Source: PVC group bacterium
GTDB taxonomy: Bacteria; Auribacterota; Erginobacteria; Erginobacterales; PUNC01
Direction: 5' to 3'
NCBI GenBank assembly: GCA_003551625.1
Contig: PUNC01000113.1
Coordinates: 1-58,423, forward strand
DNA length: 58,423 nucleotides
The position numbers and the translations under genes were made by a program. The notes under the pieces are model-generated. The model was not told the origin of the DNA, did not search any database, and was given only the letters and a program-made list of their open reading frames with translations. The stretch's first letter is position 1, and each line of letters starts with the position of its first letter. Shown piece after piece: positions 8,300 through 17,417 of this stretch.

Positions 8300-8554
8300 A
8301 TGATAGTAGAGATCATATTCCTTAGCGTATTTGGGTTAATCTCGCTGCTGTGCGCGATTCACCTCTGGAGGCGGCGCGACGCGACCTTGCTGATGAAGAT
8401 TCGCTGGACCATAGTCATCTTCATTCCCCTGGCGGGCCCGATTTTCTATGGAGGATTCTTCAAGGCTCCTGACCGATCCGGTTACCGGAAACACTGGCCG
8501 GAAGACCGCGGCGGTCTCCCGCCCGGAGGGGAATTTACCGGCCGATGGCGATAA
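8300..8554 (+). CDS. Small membrane protein, PLDc_N-like hairpin
   Basis: KIRWTIVIFIPLAGPIFY pattern after a TM segment. Confidence 0.6.
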   Translation: MIVEIIFLSVFGLISLLCAIHLWRRRDATLLMKIRWTIVIFIPLAGPIFYGGFFKAPDRSGYRKHWPEDRGGLPPGGEFTGRWR

Positions 8555-8560
8555 AAAACC

Positions 8561-8651
8561 TGGGGTCAAACCTTAGCAATGATACCTTTTCTTCGATGAT
8601 CAGTGATCCGCAAAAGACGGCAAAGACAGGGTCAGTCCGTGCATATATGCA
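8561..8651 (-). repeat. Two inverted repeat-B-like motifs (TGGGGTCAAACC at 8561; AGGGTCAGTCCGTGCATATATGCA at 8628)
   Basis: TGGGGTCAAA is the reverse complement of the TTTGACCCCA end of repeat B. Confidence 0.55.
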
Positions 8652-8790
8652 AAATGACCGAAAGACCGGATTTTGAAGTGCAAAACGAATAGAAGGGGTG
8701 TGGAGACGGTTTGAAGAGCTGGTCTCAATTCGCGACCAGCTCAAAGATTTAGAGGAGACCGTTTGGGACGGTCAGTGAGGGTGGGTGGCG

Positions 8791-9178
8791 GAGATTGCTT
8801 CGTCGGCCCGAAGGTTTTCGGGCCTCCTCGCAATGACGGTTCATACGGAAGGATGTGGAGATTGCTTCGTCGTCCCCCACCGGGATCGGTGGGGGACTTC
8901 TCGCAATGACGGCGAGTGAAGGCGCCCGCCGGAGATTGCTTCGTCCCCCTCGCTCCGCTCGGGGTCCTCGCAATGACGGTGAGAGTGGATGCTTGATGGG
9001 GGTTTTCTTGCTTTTTGGTTTCGGTTTCGGCGGCGGCTGCGGTAGCATATCGTCAGCTTCTTCAGGTTATGTGGGTAGATGCAATTGATCATCGCTGGGC
9101 CGGGGGTCTAATCCTGTTCTGAGGAATCGAAGGAATGACTCTTCGGTTGAGATTGCTTCGCTTCGCTCGCAATGACGG
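8791..9178. repeat. Cluster of four REP-like units GAGATTGCTTCG-[hairpin]-CTCGCAATGACGG
   Basis: Copies at 8791-8839, 8858-8912, 8932-8979, 9149-9178. Confidence 0.9.
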
Positions 9179-9253
9179 TCAATGGAGTCTTCCGGGGTTT
9201 TCCGCGATGACGATTTGGTTTTGTCGGGCGGCCTCTAAAAGCTTGCGTTATAT

Positions 9254-10120
9254 ATGGCGGCATACTACCTGATTCTTCTGCTGGGATGGCTGGTGCGGGC
9301 GCTGCCGGCGCCGTTCGCCCGCCGGCTCGGACGGTCGGCGGGCCGCCTGTTTTACCATCTGGACCGCCGGCACCGGCGGATCGCCCTGGACAACCTGCGG
9401 GCGGTCTTTCCGGAAAAGACCGAAGAATGGCGACGCCGGACCGCGCGGGAATCTTTCGGCTGGATGGGTTTCAACCTGACCGAATTTCTCAGAATCCCCC
9501 TGGTGGCCCGGGCCGGGCCGGAAGCCGTCTTCCGGCCGCGGGGGCTGGAGAAGGTGAACGCCGCCCGCGCCCGGGGGAAGGGTATAGTCTTCGTCACCTT
9601 TCATTACGGAAACTGGGAATACCTGGGTTTCTCCCCCCGTTTCCTGGGATTTCCGGTGGCCGTGGTGGCCCAGGAGATCAAGAACCCCGCCGTGGACGGA
9701 TTGATCAACGATATCCGGGAGCTGACCGGGGTTGAAGTCCTGCCCAAGAACGAAAGCTCGGCCGTTCTGTTGAGCCTGCTCCGGCGCAACTCGGCGGTGG
9801 CGATCGTGGCCGACCAGAGAGCGCGGAAGATGGGGGTGAAGATCGACTTCCTCGGCCGCCCCGCTTCGGCGACCGCCGCCCCGGCGGTCCTGGCCCTCCG
9901 TTCCGGCGCGGCGGTGATACCGGTTTTTATTGATTTTGACGGTGAAGGCGGTTATGAGGTGGTCTTCGGCGATGAGATCGCCCCCGCCGCCGGCCTCCCC
10001 CCGACCGACGCCGTCCGGGAGCTGACCGGGAGGATAAACCGGGCGCTGGCCGATAGGTTGCGGGCCGCTCCCGAACCCTGGATGTGGGGCCATCGCCGCT
10101 GGCTGGACGCCGCGAGATGA
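9254..10120 (+). CDS. lpxL: Lipid A late acyltransferase (LpxL/HtrB family)
   Basis: HYGNWE H-x4-E motif, VADQ, PEPWMWGHRRW. Confidence 0.85.
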   Translation: MAAYYLILLLGWLVRALPAPFARRLGRSAGRLFYHLDRRHRRIALDNLRAVFPEKTEEWRRRTARESFGWMGFNLTEFLRIPLVARAGPEAVFRPRGLEKVNAARARGKGIVFVTFHYGNWEYLGFSPRFLGFPVAVVAQEIKNPAVDGLINDIRELTGVEVLPKNESSAVLLSLLRRNSAVAIVADQRARKMGVKIDFLGRPASATAAPAVLALRSGAAVIPVFIDFDGEGGYEVVFGDEIAPAAGLPPTDAVRELTGRINRALADRLRAAPEPWMWGHRRWLDAAR

Positions 10121-11139
10121 GAGAGATCTCCAAGATTTTGATCAAGGCCCCCAACTGGCTGGGAGACTGCGTCTTCGCCGCTCCCGCGGCGGGGAAGCTG
10201 AAGGCCGACCATCCCGCCGCCCGGATCTCGGTTCTGGCCAAAGATTCCCTGGCGCCGTTCTGGGAGCTGGTCCCCGGGGTGGACGCGGTCATCGGATACG
10301 AGAAGCGGCGGGGATGGGCGGGGCTGCGGGCGGCGGCGGCTACGGTGGCGGGACTGAGGCGGGAGAGGTATGACCTGGCGGTAATCTTCCCGCGCTCGTT
10401 CTCCTCGGCCCTGTGGTGTTTCACGGCCGGAATCGCCGAGCGGCGGGGATACGCCGCCGAAGGCCGCCGGCTGTTGCTCAACCGGGTGGTCGAGCCGAAG
10501 ACTGATTACCGGCAAACCCCCCGGGTGGACTACTACTACGCCCTGGTCGGCGATCCCGGAAAGGACCGGCCCCGGCCCCGGCTGGAGATACCGGAACGGG
10601 AGATCGAGGAGGCCCGGGACCAACTCCGGCGGCTTGTCGGCTCCGACCGGATCGAAAACCCGGTGGGCCTCCATCCGGGGGGGTATTACGGTTCGGCCAA
10701 GCGCTGGCCGGTAGAACATTTCAGCCGCCTGGCCCGGCGACTGGCCCGTTCCGGCCGGACGGTGCTGGTTTTCGGAGGTCAAGGCGACCGGGAGACCGCC
10801 GGGAAGATCGTTTCCGGGGCCCCGTCCGGGGTGTGGAGCCTCGCCGGCGAGACGGGATTGAAACGGCTGGCGGCTTTGCTTAAACTCTGCCGGGTCGTGG
10901 TGGCCAACGACAGCGGTCCCCTTCATCTCGCCGCCGCCGTGGAGACGGCGGTGGTCGGGCTGTTCGGATCGACGAATCCCGTCGCCACCGGTCCCCGGGG
11001 AAAGGCGGTCAGGGTCATCTATCGCGGTCTCCCCTGTAGCCCCTGCCTGCTCCGGACCTGCCCGAAGGGCCTGGAATGTATGGTTTCGATCGGCGTTGAA
11101 GAAGTGATGGCCGCGGTGGAGGAGCTCTGGAATAGTTAA
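10117..11139 (+). CDS. waaF: LPS heptosyltransferase II (GT9)
   Basis: APNWLGD, GSAKRWP, NDSGPLHLAAA; ATGA overlap with the upstream stop. Confidence 0.85.
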   Translation: MREISKILIKAPNWLGDCVFAAPAAGKLKADHPAARISVLAKDSLAPFWELVPGVDAVIGYEKRRGWAGLRAAAATVAGLRRERYDLAVIFPRSFSSALWCFTAGIAERRGYAAEGRRLLLNRVVEPKTDYRQTPRVDYYYALVGDPGKDRPRPRLEIPEREIEEARDQLRRLVGSDRIENPVGLHPGGYYGSAKRWPVEHFSRLARRLARSGRTVLVFGGQGDRETAGKIVSGAPSGVWSLAGETGLKRLAALLKLCRVVVANDSGPLHLAAAVETAVVGLFGSTNPVATGPRGKAVRVIYRGLPCSPCLLRTCPKGLECMVSIGVEEVMAAVEELWNS

Positions 11140-11145
11140 GGAATT

Positions 11146-12204
11146 ATGAAAGCGAATCTCCAGTTCAAGCCGCGGAGCGTCCTGATAGTTAAACTGGGCT
11201 CGATCGGCGACGTGGTCAATTCCCTGCCGCTGGCCAACGCCCTCAAGGACTCCCGGCCCGATCTCCGGCTGGGCTGGCTGGTGGAGCCCAAATCCCTGCC
11301 GGTGATCGAGGACCACGACGCCGTGGACGAGGTTATCGTCTTCCGCCGGGAACTCGGCCTCTCCGGTGTCGGGCGGGCGTTGCGGGAGATCAGGCTCTTC
11401 CGGCCGGACCTGGTCGTGGATCTTCAGCGGATCCTGCGCAGCGGCTTCTTCACCTTCTTTTCCGGTTGCCGCTACCGGCTCGGTTTCAACCGCGGCCGCT
11501 GCAAGGAGATGTCCTGGCTCTTCTACAACCGGAGAATCCCCGCCGCCGATTCCGGCGAGCATATGGTGACCCAGTACCTGGAATTCGCCTCTTACCTGGG
11601 CCTGCCGGAAACGGAGGCGGTCTTCAAGCTTCCGATCGGGGAGAGCGAACGCGCCCGCGCCACCCGGCTCCTGCCGCCGGCGGCCTTGAAGGGCGAAATC
11701 ATCTGTCTCAATCTCGGCGCCACCAAGCCGGCCAACCGCTGGCCGGACGGCCACTGGGCCCGGCTGGCGGATCTGCTGGCCTCCCGCGACGACACCACGG
11801 TCGTCCTGACCGGCGGGGAAGGGGACGTCGCCGCCGCCCGCTCGGTGCTGGCGGAATCGCGGTCCGCCGAGGCGCTGGTGGACCTGGCCGGCCGGACGAC
11901 GCTGAAGGAGCTGGGCGGTCTTTACGATCTGGCCGCGGCCGTGGTCTCTTCCGACAGCGGTCCGATGCACATCGCCTCGGCCCTGGGGACCAGGACGATC
12001 GGCCTGTTCGGGCCCTCCTCCCCCCGCCGCACCGGCCCCTGGAACCATCTCCAGCTTGTCGTCCGAAGCGGGGAGGAATGCTCTCCCTGCGGGAAGAGAC
12101 GCTGCCGGCGGGATGACTGTATGAGCGCGATCCCGCCGGAGGAGGTCTTCCGGCGGCTCACCGCGCCGGAAGAGGAGGGCGGCGGTGACCGGAAGGATGG
12201 CTGA
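11146..12204 (+). CDS. GT9 heptosyltransferase (WaaC/WaaF-like)
   Basis: KLGSIGDVV, DSGPMHIA, LFGPS. Confidence 0.88.
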   Translation: MKANLQFKPRSVLIVKLGSIGDVVNSLPLANALKDSRPDLRLGWLVEPKSLPVIEDHDAVDEVIVFRRELGLSGVGRALREIRLFRPDLVVDLQRILRSGFFTFFSGCRYRLGFNRGRCKEMSWLFYNRRIPAADSGEHMVTQYLEFASYLGLPETEAVFKLPIGESERARATRLLPPAALKGEIICLNLGATKPANRWPDGHWARLADLLASRDDTTVVLTGGEGDVAAARSVLAESRSAEALVDLAGRTTLKELGGLYDLAAAVVSSDSGPMHIASALGTRTIGLFGPSSPRRTGPWNHLQLVVRSGEECSPCGKRRCRRDDCMSAIPPEEVFRRLTAPEEEGGGDRKDG

Positions 12205-13087
12205 AAAGCTCCAGCCCGCCCCTCCCGAAGGTTTCGCGGTCAGCTCGCGGCCGGGAATCGTTTTCGTGTTCCGGGAAACCTGGCGGGACGAAATCATATC
12301 GCAGGGCGAGGCGATCCGGGCCGGCGAGGTCGGGACCGTCTTCCTGGAAGGAAGGGGCCGGAACCCGGTCCTCGGCCGCGGGGACCGGATGGTGGTCTGG
12401 AGACATTGCCGCCACGGCGGGATGCTCCGGAGCGTCACCTCCGACCGTTTTTTCCATCCCCGCCGGTTCTTAAACGAACTCCGGCTTCAGGCGGAGGCCC
12501 TCCGGGCGGGAGTGCCCACCGCCGAGCCGCTCGGGCTGATGATCGAGCGGGCCGGCCTTCTCTTCGTCCGCTGCCGGCTGGCCACCCGTTACCTTGCCGG
12601 GAGCCGGGACTGGCTGTCTTTTTACCGGCAACCGCCCCCGGCGGGGGAGATAAAGGACGAGGCTGAACAGAGACGGCTGGCCCGGGGCTTCGGAAAGGCG
12701 GTCTCCCGGCTGCACGAGGCCGGTTTCGACCATCACGATCTGCAGTTGAAAAACCTGCTCTTCTCCGGAAGCGGGAATTCGGGGGGATTCTTCGTAATCG
12801 ATTTCGACCGCGCGCGCCGCCGAAAGCCTCTCGGCCGCCGCCGGAGGGCGGGGAATCTGTTGCGCCTTCACCGATCTTACCTCAAGATGTGTTTTTCCAC
12901 GGGACGGCCCCCCGGTTCCGCGCCGGCTCGTTTTCTCCGGGCATACGCGCCCGGCGACCGGTCCTTAAGAAGATACGTTTTCGAAAGGGCCCGGAAGGCG
13001 CGATGGAGCAACCGGGCGCATCGCTGTCTCTGGGGGGCGTCCGTGAAGCTCAAAGGCGGCTGTTACGCGCGTTCGGCCGGAAGATGA
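12197..13087 (+). CDS. Kdo/LPS kinase family protein (KdkA/InaA-like)
   Basis: RHCRHGG, HHDLQLKNLL, IDFDRA. Confidence 0.78.
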   Translation: MAEKLQPAPPEGFAVSSRPGIVFVFRETWRDEIISQGEAIRAGEVGTVFLEGRGRNPVLGRGDRMVVWRHCRHGGMLRSVTSDRFFHPRRFLNELRLQAEALRAGVPTAEPLGLMIERAGLLFVRCRLATRYLAGSRDWLSFYRQPPPAGEIKDEAEQRRLARGFGKAVSRLHEAGFDHHDLQLKNLLFSGSGNSGGFFVIDFDRARRRKPLGRRRRAGNLLRLHRSYLKMCFSTGRPPGSAPARFLRAYAPGDRSLRRYVFERARKARWSNRAHRCLWGASVKLKGGCYARSAGR

Positions 13088-14247
13088 AGATCGCTTTTTG
13101 CCTGGAACAATTCAACCCCGAGCGGGGAGGGGCGGAGGTTTACGTGGCCGATCTTGCCCGCCTGATGTGCGCCCGCGGCCATCAGGTATCCGTCCTCACC
13201 ACCACCAGCTCCGTCCTTCCGGCCGAAAACCTTCAAATCCGGCTGATTTCCACGCCGCGCCGTCCCCGCTTTCTCCACGCCCTCGCCTACGCCTTTCGGA
13301 CCCGCCGAGCGGTGCGGGCCGAAAAATTCGACGTGGTCCACGCCTTCGAGAGGTCTCTGGGTATGAATATCGTGCAGCCTCTGGGAGGCTCATACGCGGC
13401 CAGCCTGGAAGGCAACCTGCGATCGCTCCGCGGACGGTGGGGCCGGGCGGCCAAGAAACTCAGCTACCTTCTGAGCCCGCGCCGGTGGGCCTATTTCGCG
13501 GTGGAGAAACGGCAGTTGCGGGAGGCCGGGCTGGTGATCGCCATCTCGGCGATGGTGAAGAGCGACCTGGTCCGTTTCAACCGGGTCGACCCCCGCCGGA
13601 TCCGGATCGTCCGCAACGGGGTCGACCTGAACAAATTCAATCCCGCCAACCGCGACCGGTTCCGCGCTAAAGTCCGGAAAGAGATCGGGGTGGGGCCGGA
13701 CGATTTCGTCCTACTTTTCGTCGCCCACAATTTCCGTCTCAAGGGGCTTTCCCCGCTGATCCGGTTGATGAAGCTGCTCAAGGAGCAAAAACCCGACACC
13801 CGGTTCCGGCTGGCGGTCCTGGGAAACGGGAGGCGGACGAAGTTCGCCGCCTGCGCCCGCCGGCACGGGGTTGAATCCGAGGTCTTGTTTCTGGGCGGCC
13901 GCCCGTTCACCGAAGCCTATTACGCGGCGGCCGATATCTGCGTGCATCCCAGCTATTACGACCCTTCCGCGCTGGTGGTGCTGGAAGCGATGGCCAGCGG
14001 GCTGCCGGTGATAACCACCGTCTTCTGCGGAGCCTCGGAGGCGATCGAGCACGGCGTCAGCGGTTTCGTGATCGACAACCCCGATGACGAAGAGAAGCTG
14101 GCGGGACCGGTGCTGGAGCTGCTGGATCCGCAGCTCCGGGAGCGGATCGGGACGGCCGCCCGCGCTTGCGCCGAGTCCTACCCCTACGCCCGGAACCAGA
14201 TGGAGATTCTGGAAATCTATAATGAATATCTTGGCTCTCACGCCTGA
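13084..14247 (+). CDS. GT4 glycosyltransferase (WaaG-like)
   Basis: GGAE, NFRLKGL, YDPSALVVLEAMASGLP. Confidence 0.88.
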   Translation: MKIAFCLEQFNPERGGAEVYVADLARLMCARGHQVSVLTTTSSVLPAENLQIRLISTPRRPRFLHALAYAFRTRRAVRAEKFDVVHAFERSLGMNIVQPLGGSYAASLEGNLRSLRGRWGRAAKKLSYLLSPRRWAYFAVEKRQLREAGLVIAISAMVKSDLVRFNRVDPRRIRIVRNGVDLNKFNPANRDRFRAKVRKEIGVGPDDFVLLFVAHNFRLKGLSPLIRLMKLLKEQKPDTRFRLAVLGNGRRTKFAACARRHGVESEVLFLGGRPFTEAYYAAADICVHPSYYDPSALVVLEAMASGLPVITTVFCGASEAIEHGVSGFVIDNPDDEEKLAGPVLELLDPQLRERIGTAARACAESYPYARNQMEILEIYNEYLGSHA

Positions 14248-15205
14248 TCTCTCCCTGGCCAGCAGCCGTCTTCGGCTGTCCCAGTATATTCCCATCCTGG
14301 ACGCGGCGGGGATCAAGCTCGAGGTCGGGGAATACCGGGGCGGCGCCCGGACGCGGCTGGAGCTTCTGCGCTCGGCCCGGGAATACCAGGCGGTGCTGCT
14401 TCACCGAAAGCTGATAAACCCGCTGGAGCTGAAGATACTCCGTTCCCGCGCCCGCCGGCTCGTCTTCGACTTCGATGACGCGGTGATGTTCCGGGATTCC
14501 AACTCCGCGCGTCAGGATTCCGCCGCCCGCCGCCGGCGTTTCGCGGCCCTGACCGCCGCGGCCGACCTGGTGATCGCCGGCAATGACTATCTGGCCGGCT
14601 GGGCCCGGCGCCGGGCCGGCCGGGTGGCGGTAATCCCCACGCCGGTCGATCTTACGAAATTTCCCGCCGACCCGCCGCCGCCCGACGGGTCGACCGTGGG
14701 CTGGATCGGGAGCGCCCCCAACCTGCTCTATCTCGATCAGGCCGCGCCCGCCCTGACCCTGCTTGCCCGGCGGGGGGTGGATTTCGTCTTCAAGATCATC
14801 AGCGACGGATTTGTCGATATCGAAGGGGTGCGGACCGTTAAAAAGCGCTGGTCCGAAGCCGAGGAGGCTTCGGAGCTCGCGAGTCTCTCGGTGGGGATCG
14901 CCCCGCTTCGTTCCGACCCCTGGGCGGAGGGGAAATGCGGCTTCAAGGTTCTCCAGTATTTCGCCGCCGCCCGGCCCGCGGTCTGCTCTCCGGTCGGGGC
15001 CAACCGTTCGATAGTCCGCCCCGGAATCAACGGTTTCTGGGCCGACTCCGTATCGGAGTGGGCTGAAGCGCTCAAAAAACTGCTGGATTCGCCTCGCCTG
15101 CGGGAAGAGTCGGGTCGAAACGGCCGGAAGCTGGTGGAGCAGGAGTTCAGTCTCCGCGCGGTCGCCCCCCGCCTGGCGGCGGCCCTGCGGAGCCTGGAAC
15201 GGTGA
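14222..15205 (+). CDS. GT4 glycosyltransferase
   Basis: FDFDDA, GWIGS, GKCGFKVLQY. Confidence 0.88.
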   Translation: MNILALTPDLSLASSRLRLSQYIPILDAAGIKLEVGEYRGGARTRLELLRSAREYQAVLLHRKLINPLELKILRSRARRLVFDFDDAVMFRDSNSARQDSAARRRRFAALTAAADLVIAGNDYLAGWARRRAGRVAVIPTPVDLTKFPADPPPPDGSTVGWIGSAPNLLYLDQAAPALTLLARRGVDFVFKIISDGFVDIEGVRTVKKRWSEAEEASELASLSVGIAPLRSDPWAEGKCGFKVLQYFAAARPAVCSPVGANRSIVRPGINGFWADSVSEWAEALKKLLDSPRLREESGRNGRKLVEQEFSLRAVAPRLAAALRSLER

Positions 15206-16200
15206 TTATGGAAGATGCTCGAACCGACAGGGTATCGCTTTCGGTCTGCGTGGCGAGTTGGAACGTCCGGGAACACCTGGAGCGCTGCCTTCGTTCCGTG
15301 GCCGAAAACTCGGGAGAAGAGGCGGAGACGATCGTGGTGGACAACGCCTCCCGGGACGGCAGCGCGGAAATGGTCGCCGAACTCTTCCCCGGAGTCCGCC
15401 TTATCGCCAACCGCCGCAACCGGGGATTCGCGGCCGCCGTCAACCAGGCCCTGGCCGTCGCCCGGGGGCGTTGTCTTCTCCTCCTCAATCCCGACACCGT
15501 CGTCCGGCCCGGTGCTTTCCGGGAGATGACGGACTTCTTCGCCCGCCGGCCCGGGGCGGGCGCGGCCGGCTGCCGGCTCCTGGAGCCGGACGGAAGGGTC
15601 CAGCCGTCGGTGCGGTCTTTCCCCACCTTCGCCTCCGCCCTGGAACGGTTCACCATCCTCGGCCGGCTGCGCCTGCTGCCCGGGGTTCGCCGCCGCTATC
15701 TGCGGGAGGATTTCGATTATCGCTCCCCGGCGGAGGTGGACCAGGTAATGGGGGCGGCGCTCTTCCTGCGCCGGGAGGCGCTGGAGGAGGTCGGGTTTCT
15801 GGATGAGCGCTTCTTTCTTTACTTCGAGGAAGTCGATCTCTGCCGCCGCCTCAAATCGGCGGGCTGGGAGATATGGTATAATCCCCGGGCCGCCGTGGTT
15901 CATTACGGCGGGGCCAGCTTCGAGCAGGCCGCGGGCCGATCCCGGCTCTGGCTGCTCGAAAGCCAGCTTAAATACTTCCGGAAACACCGGCGTCCCCTCC
16001 CGGCCGCCGTTTTCACGGCTCTCTTTAAACCGCTGGTCCTGCTGGGGGAGGGCTGGGGGTTGGCGACGGCCGGAGGCGAGCTGCTGGCCTCCCGCCTGCG
16101 GCCGGGGTCCCGGGAGCGGATGATGGAGAAGGAAAAACGTTGGCGCCGAAAACTCGACTTCTTCCGCTTCTTTCTGCCCCGGTTCATCCTCCGGGGATGA
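15202..16200 (+). CDS. GT2 glycosyltransferase (WbbL-like)
   Basis: VVDNASRDGS, LLLNPD, DERFFLYFEEVD. Confidence 0.9.
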   Translation: MIMEDARTDRVSLSVCVASWNVREHLERCLRSVAENSGEEAETIVVDNASRDGSAEMVAELFPGVRLIANRRNRGFAAAVNQALAVARGRCLLLLNPDTVVRPGAFREMTDFFARRPGAGAAGCRLLEPDGRVQPSVRSFPTFASALERFTILGRLRLLPGVRRRYLREDFDYRSPAEVDQVMGAALFLRREALEEVGFLDERFFLYFEEVDLCRRLKSAGWEIWYNPRAAVVHYGGASFEQAAGRSRLWLLESQLKYFRKHRRPLPAAVFTALFKPLVLLGEGWGLATAGGELLASRLRPGSRERMMEKEKRWRRKLDFFRFFLPRFILRG

Positions 16201-16246
16201 TCCGGTCCGGCGCCGGGAGCCGGGATCTCGGAAGATCGCGAGACCG

Positions 16247-17380
16247 ATGAAAAAGATCGCCCTCATCTCTCACGCCGCCACGCTCAACGGCGGCCCGATC
16301 AGCCTGGCCGAACTATACGGGGGGTTGACCGCCGGGGATTTTCCCGCCGAAGTCCACTTCGGTCTGCCCGCCCCGGGGCCGCTTTTGGAACGCTGCCGGT
16401 TCGCTCCCGAAAGGCTCTTCTTTTACGGGCGGGGACGGATGGGGAGGAAGCTGTCGCCGGCCGGAGGCCGGATCCGGCGGAGTCTCCGGCGCCACTTCCG
16501 CGACCGGGGAATCGGGGGGGTGACCGCGAACACCCTGGAGTCTTTCCCGGCGGTTCTGGCCGCCGCCGAGTCCGGGCTGCCCTCTCTCTGGATGATCCGG
16601 GAGATGGCCGACTCCTACCTGAAGAGGAAGGAGCTTCCCGAGATCAGAGAAGCCGCCCGGGCCGCCGATCTTCTGCTCTTTAATTCCCGGACCTCCCGGG
16701 AGCAGCTTTCGCTGCTGGGCGGGGAATTGGAGCGGAAGGCCGCCTTCGTCCACAACGGAGTCCGCATTCCCGAGGATTCCGAACTGGCGGCCGATTACCG
16801 CTCCCAACTGGGTTTCAATCCCGGAGATCTCATCCTGGGCAGCGTCGGGGACGTGGCCCCCTCCAAGGGCTACGACACCCTGCTCCGGGCGTTCGCTTCC
16901 GTAAACCGGCTTTTCCCGGCCGCCCGGCTGGCGATCGTCGGGCGGCAGCCGAGGCGTTTCGAGCGCTATTTCCGGGATCTCAAGCGGCTGGGAAAGAGCC
17001 TGGGCGTCTCCGACCGCTTGATTTTCGCCGGTGAACAGGAGAAAATTCATCCCTGGTTCTGTTGTTTTGATATGCTGGTTCATCCCTCCCGGAAGGAATC
17101 GTTCGGCCGGGCGGTGGTCGAGGCCCTGGCCCGGGCGAAACCGGTGGTCGCCACCCGTTCGGGCGGGGTGGAGGAGATCGACGGCGGGGAAGGGGTGATA
17201 TCGCTGGTGGCCGTCGACGATTCCGACGGCCTGGCCGGCGCGATTTGTCGTTTGATCGAGGATCCGGAAGAACGGGCCCGTCTCGGCCGTCGCGGCCGGC
17301 GCTGGGCGGCCGAAAAATACTCGTTCGCCGCTTCTTTACGCTCGATCGGGGAGAAGATGGCCGGGGTCTTCGCCCTTTAG
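16247..17380 (+). CDS. GT4 glycosyltransferase
   Basis: KGYD, ESFGRAVVEA. Confidence 0.88.
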   Translation: MKKIALISHAATLNGGPISLAELYGGLTAGDFPAEVHFGLPAPGPLLERCRFAPERLFFYGRGRMGRKLSPAGGRIRRSLRRHFRDRGIGGVTANTLESFPAVLAAAESGLPSLWMIREMADSYLKRKELPEIREAARAADLLLFNSRTSREQLSLLGGELERKAAFVHNGVRIPEDSELAADYRSQLGFNPGDLILGSVGDVAPSKGYDTLLRAFASVNRLFPAARLAIVGRQPRRFERYFRDLKRLGKSLGVSDRLIFAGEQEKIHPWFCCFDMLVHPSRKESFGRAVVEALARAKPVVATRSGGVEEIDGGEGVISLVAVDDSDGLAGAICRLIEDPEERARLGRRGRRWAAEKYSFAASLRSIGEKMAGVFAL

Positions 17381-17417
17381 GATAATCTGGTTTATTCACG
17401 ATTCCAGTCGATTACAG

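Noticed and set aside
8716-8742. Hairpin GAGCTGGTC/GACCAGCTC
   Set aside because: Single 9-bp stem with no other copy and no clear U tract on the + strand; no function assignable.
8791-9178. REP-like cluster as a mini-CRISPR
   Set aside because: The variable parts are self-complementary hairpins of unequal length inside each unit, the gaps are only 18-19 nt, and there are no cas genes.
2830-9250. Complete integron, IS or prophage
   Set aside because: No IntI/tyrosine recombinase, transposase or phage structural ORF is recognisable in any frame.
9952-12438. 828-aa minus-strand ORF and similar long antisense ORFs (e.g. 14737..16266, 24308..25999, 34622..36208)
   Set aside because: Shadow frames opposite motif-supported genes in high-GC DNA; no recognisable motifs.
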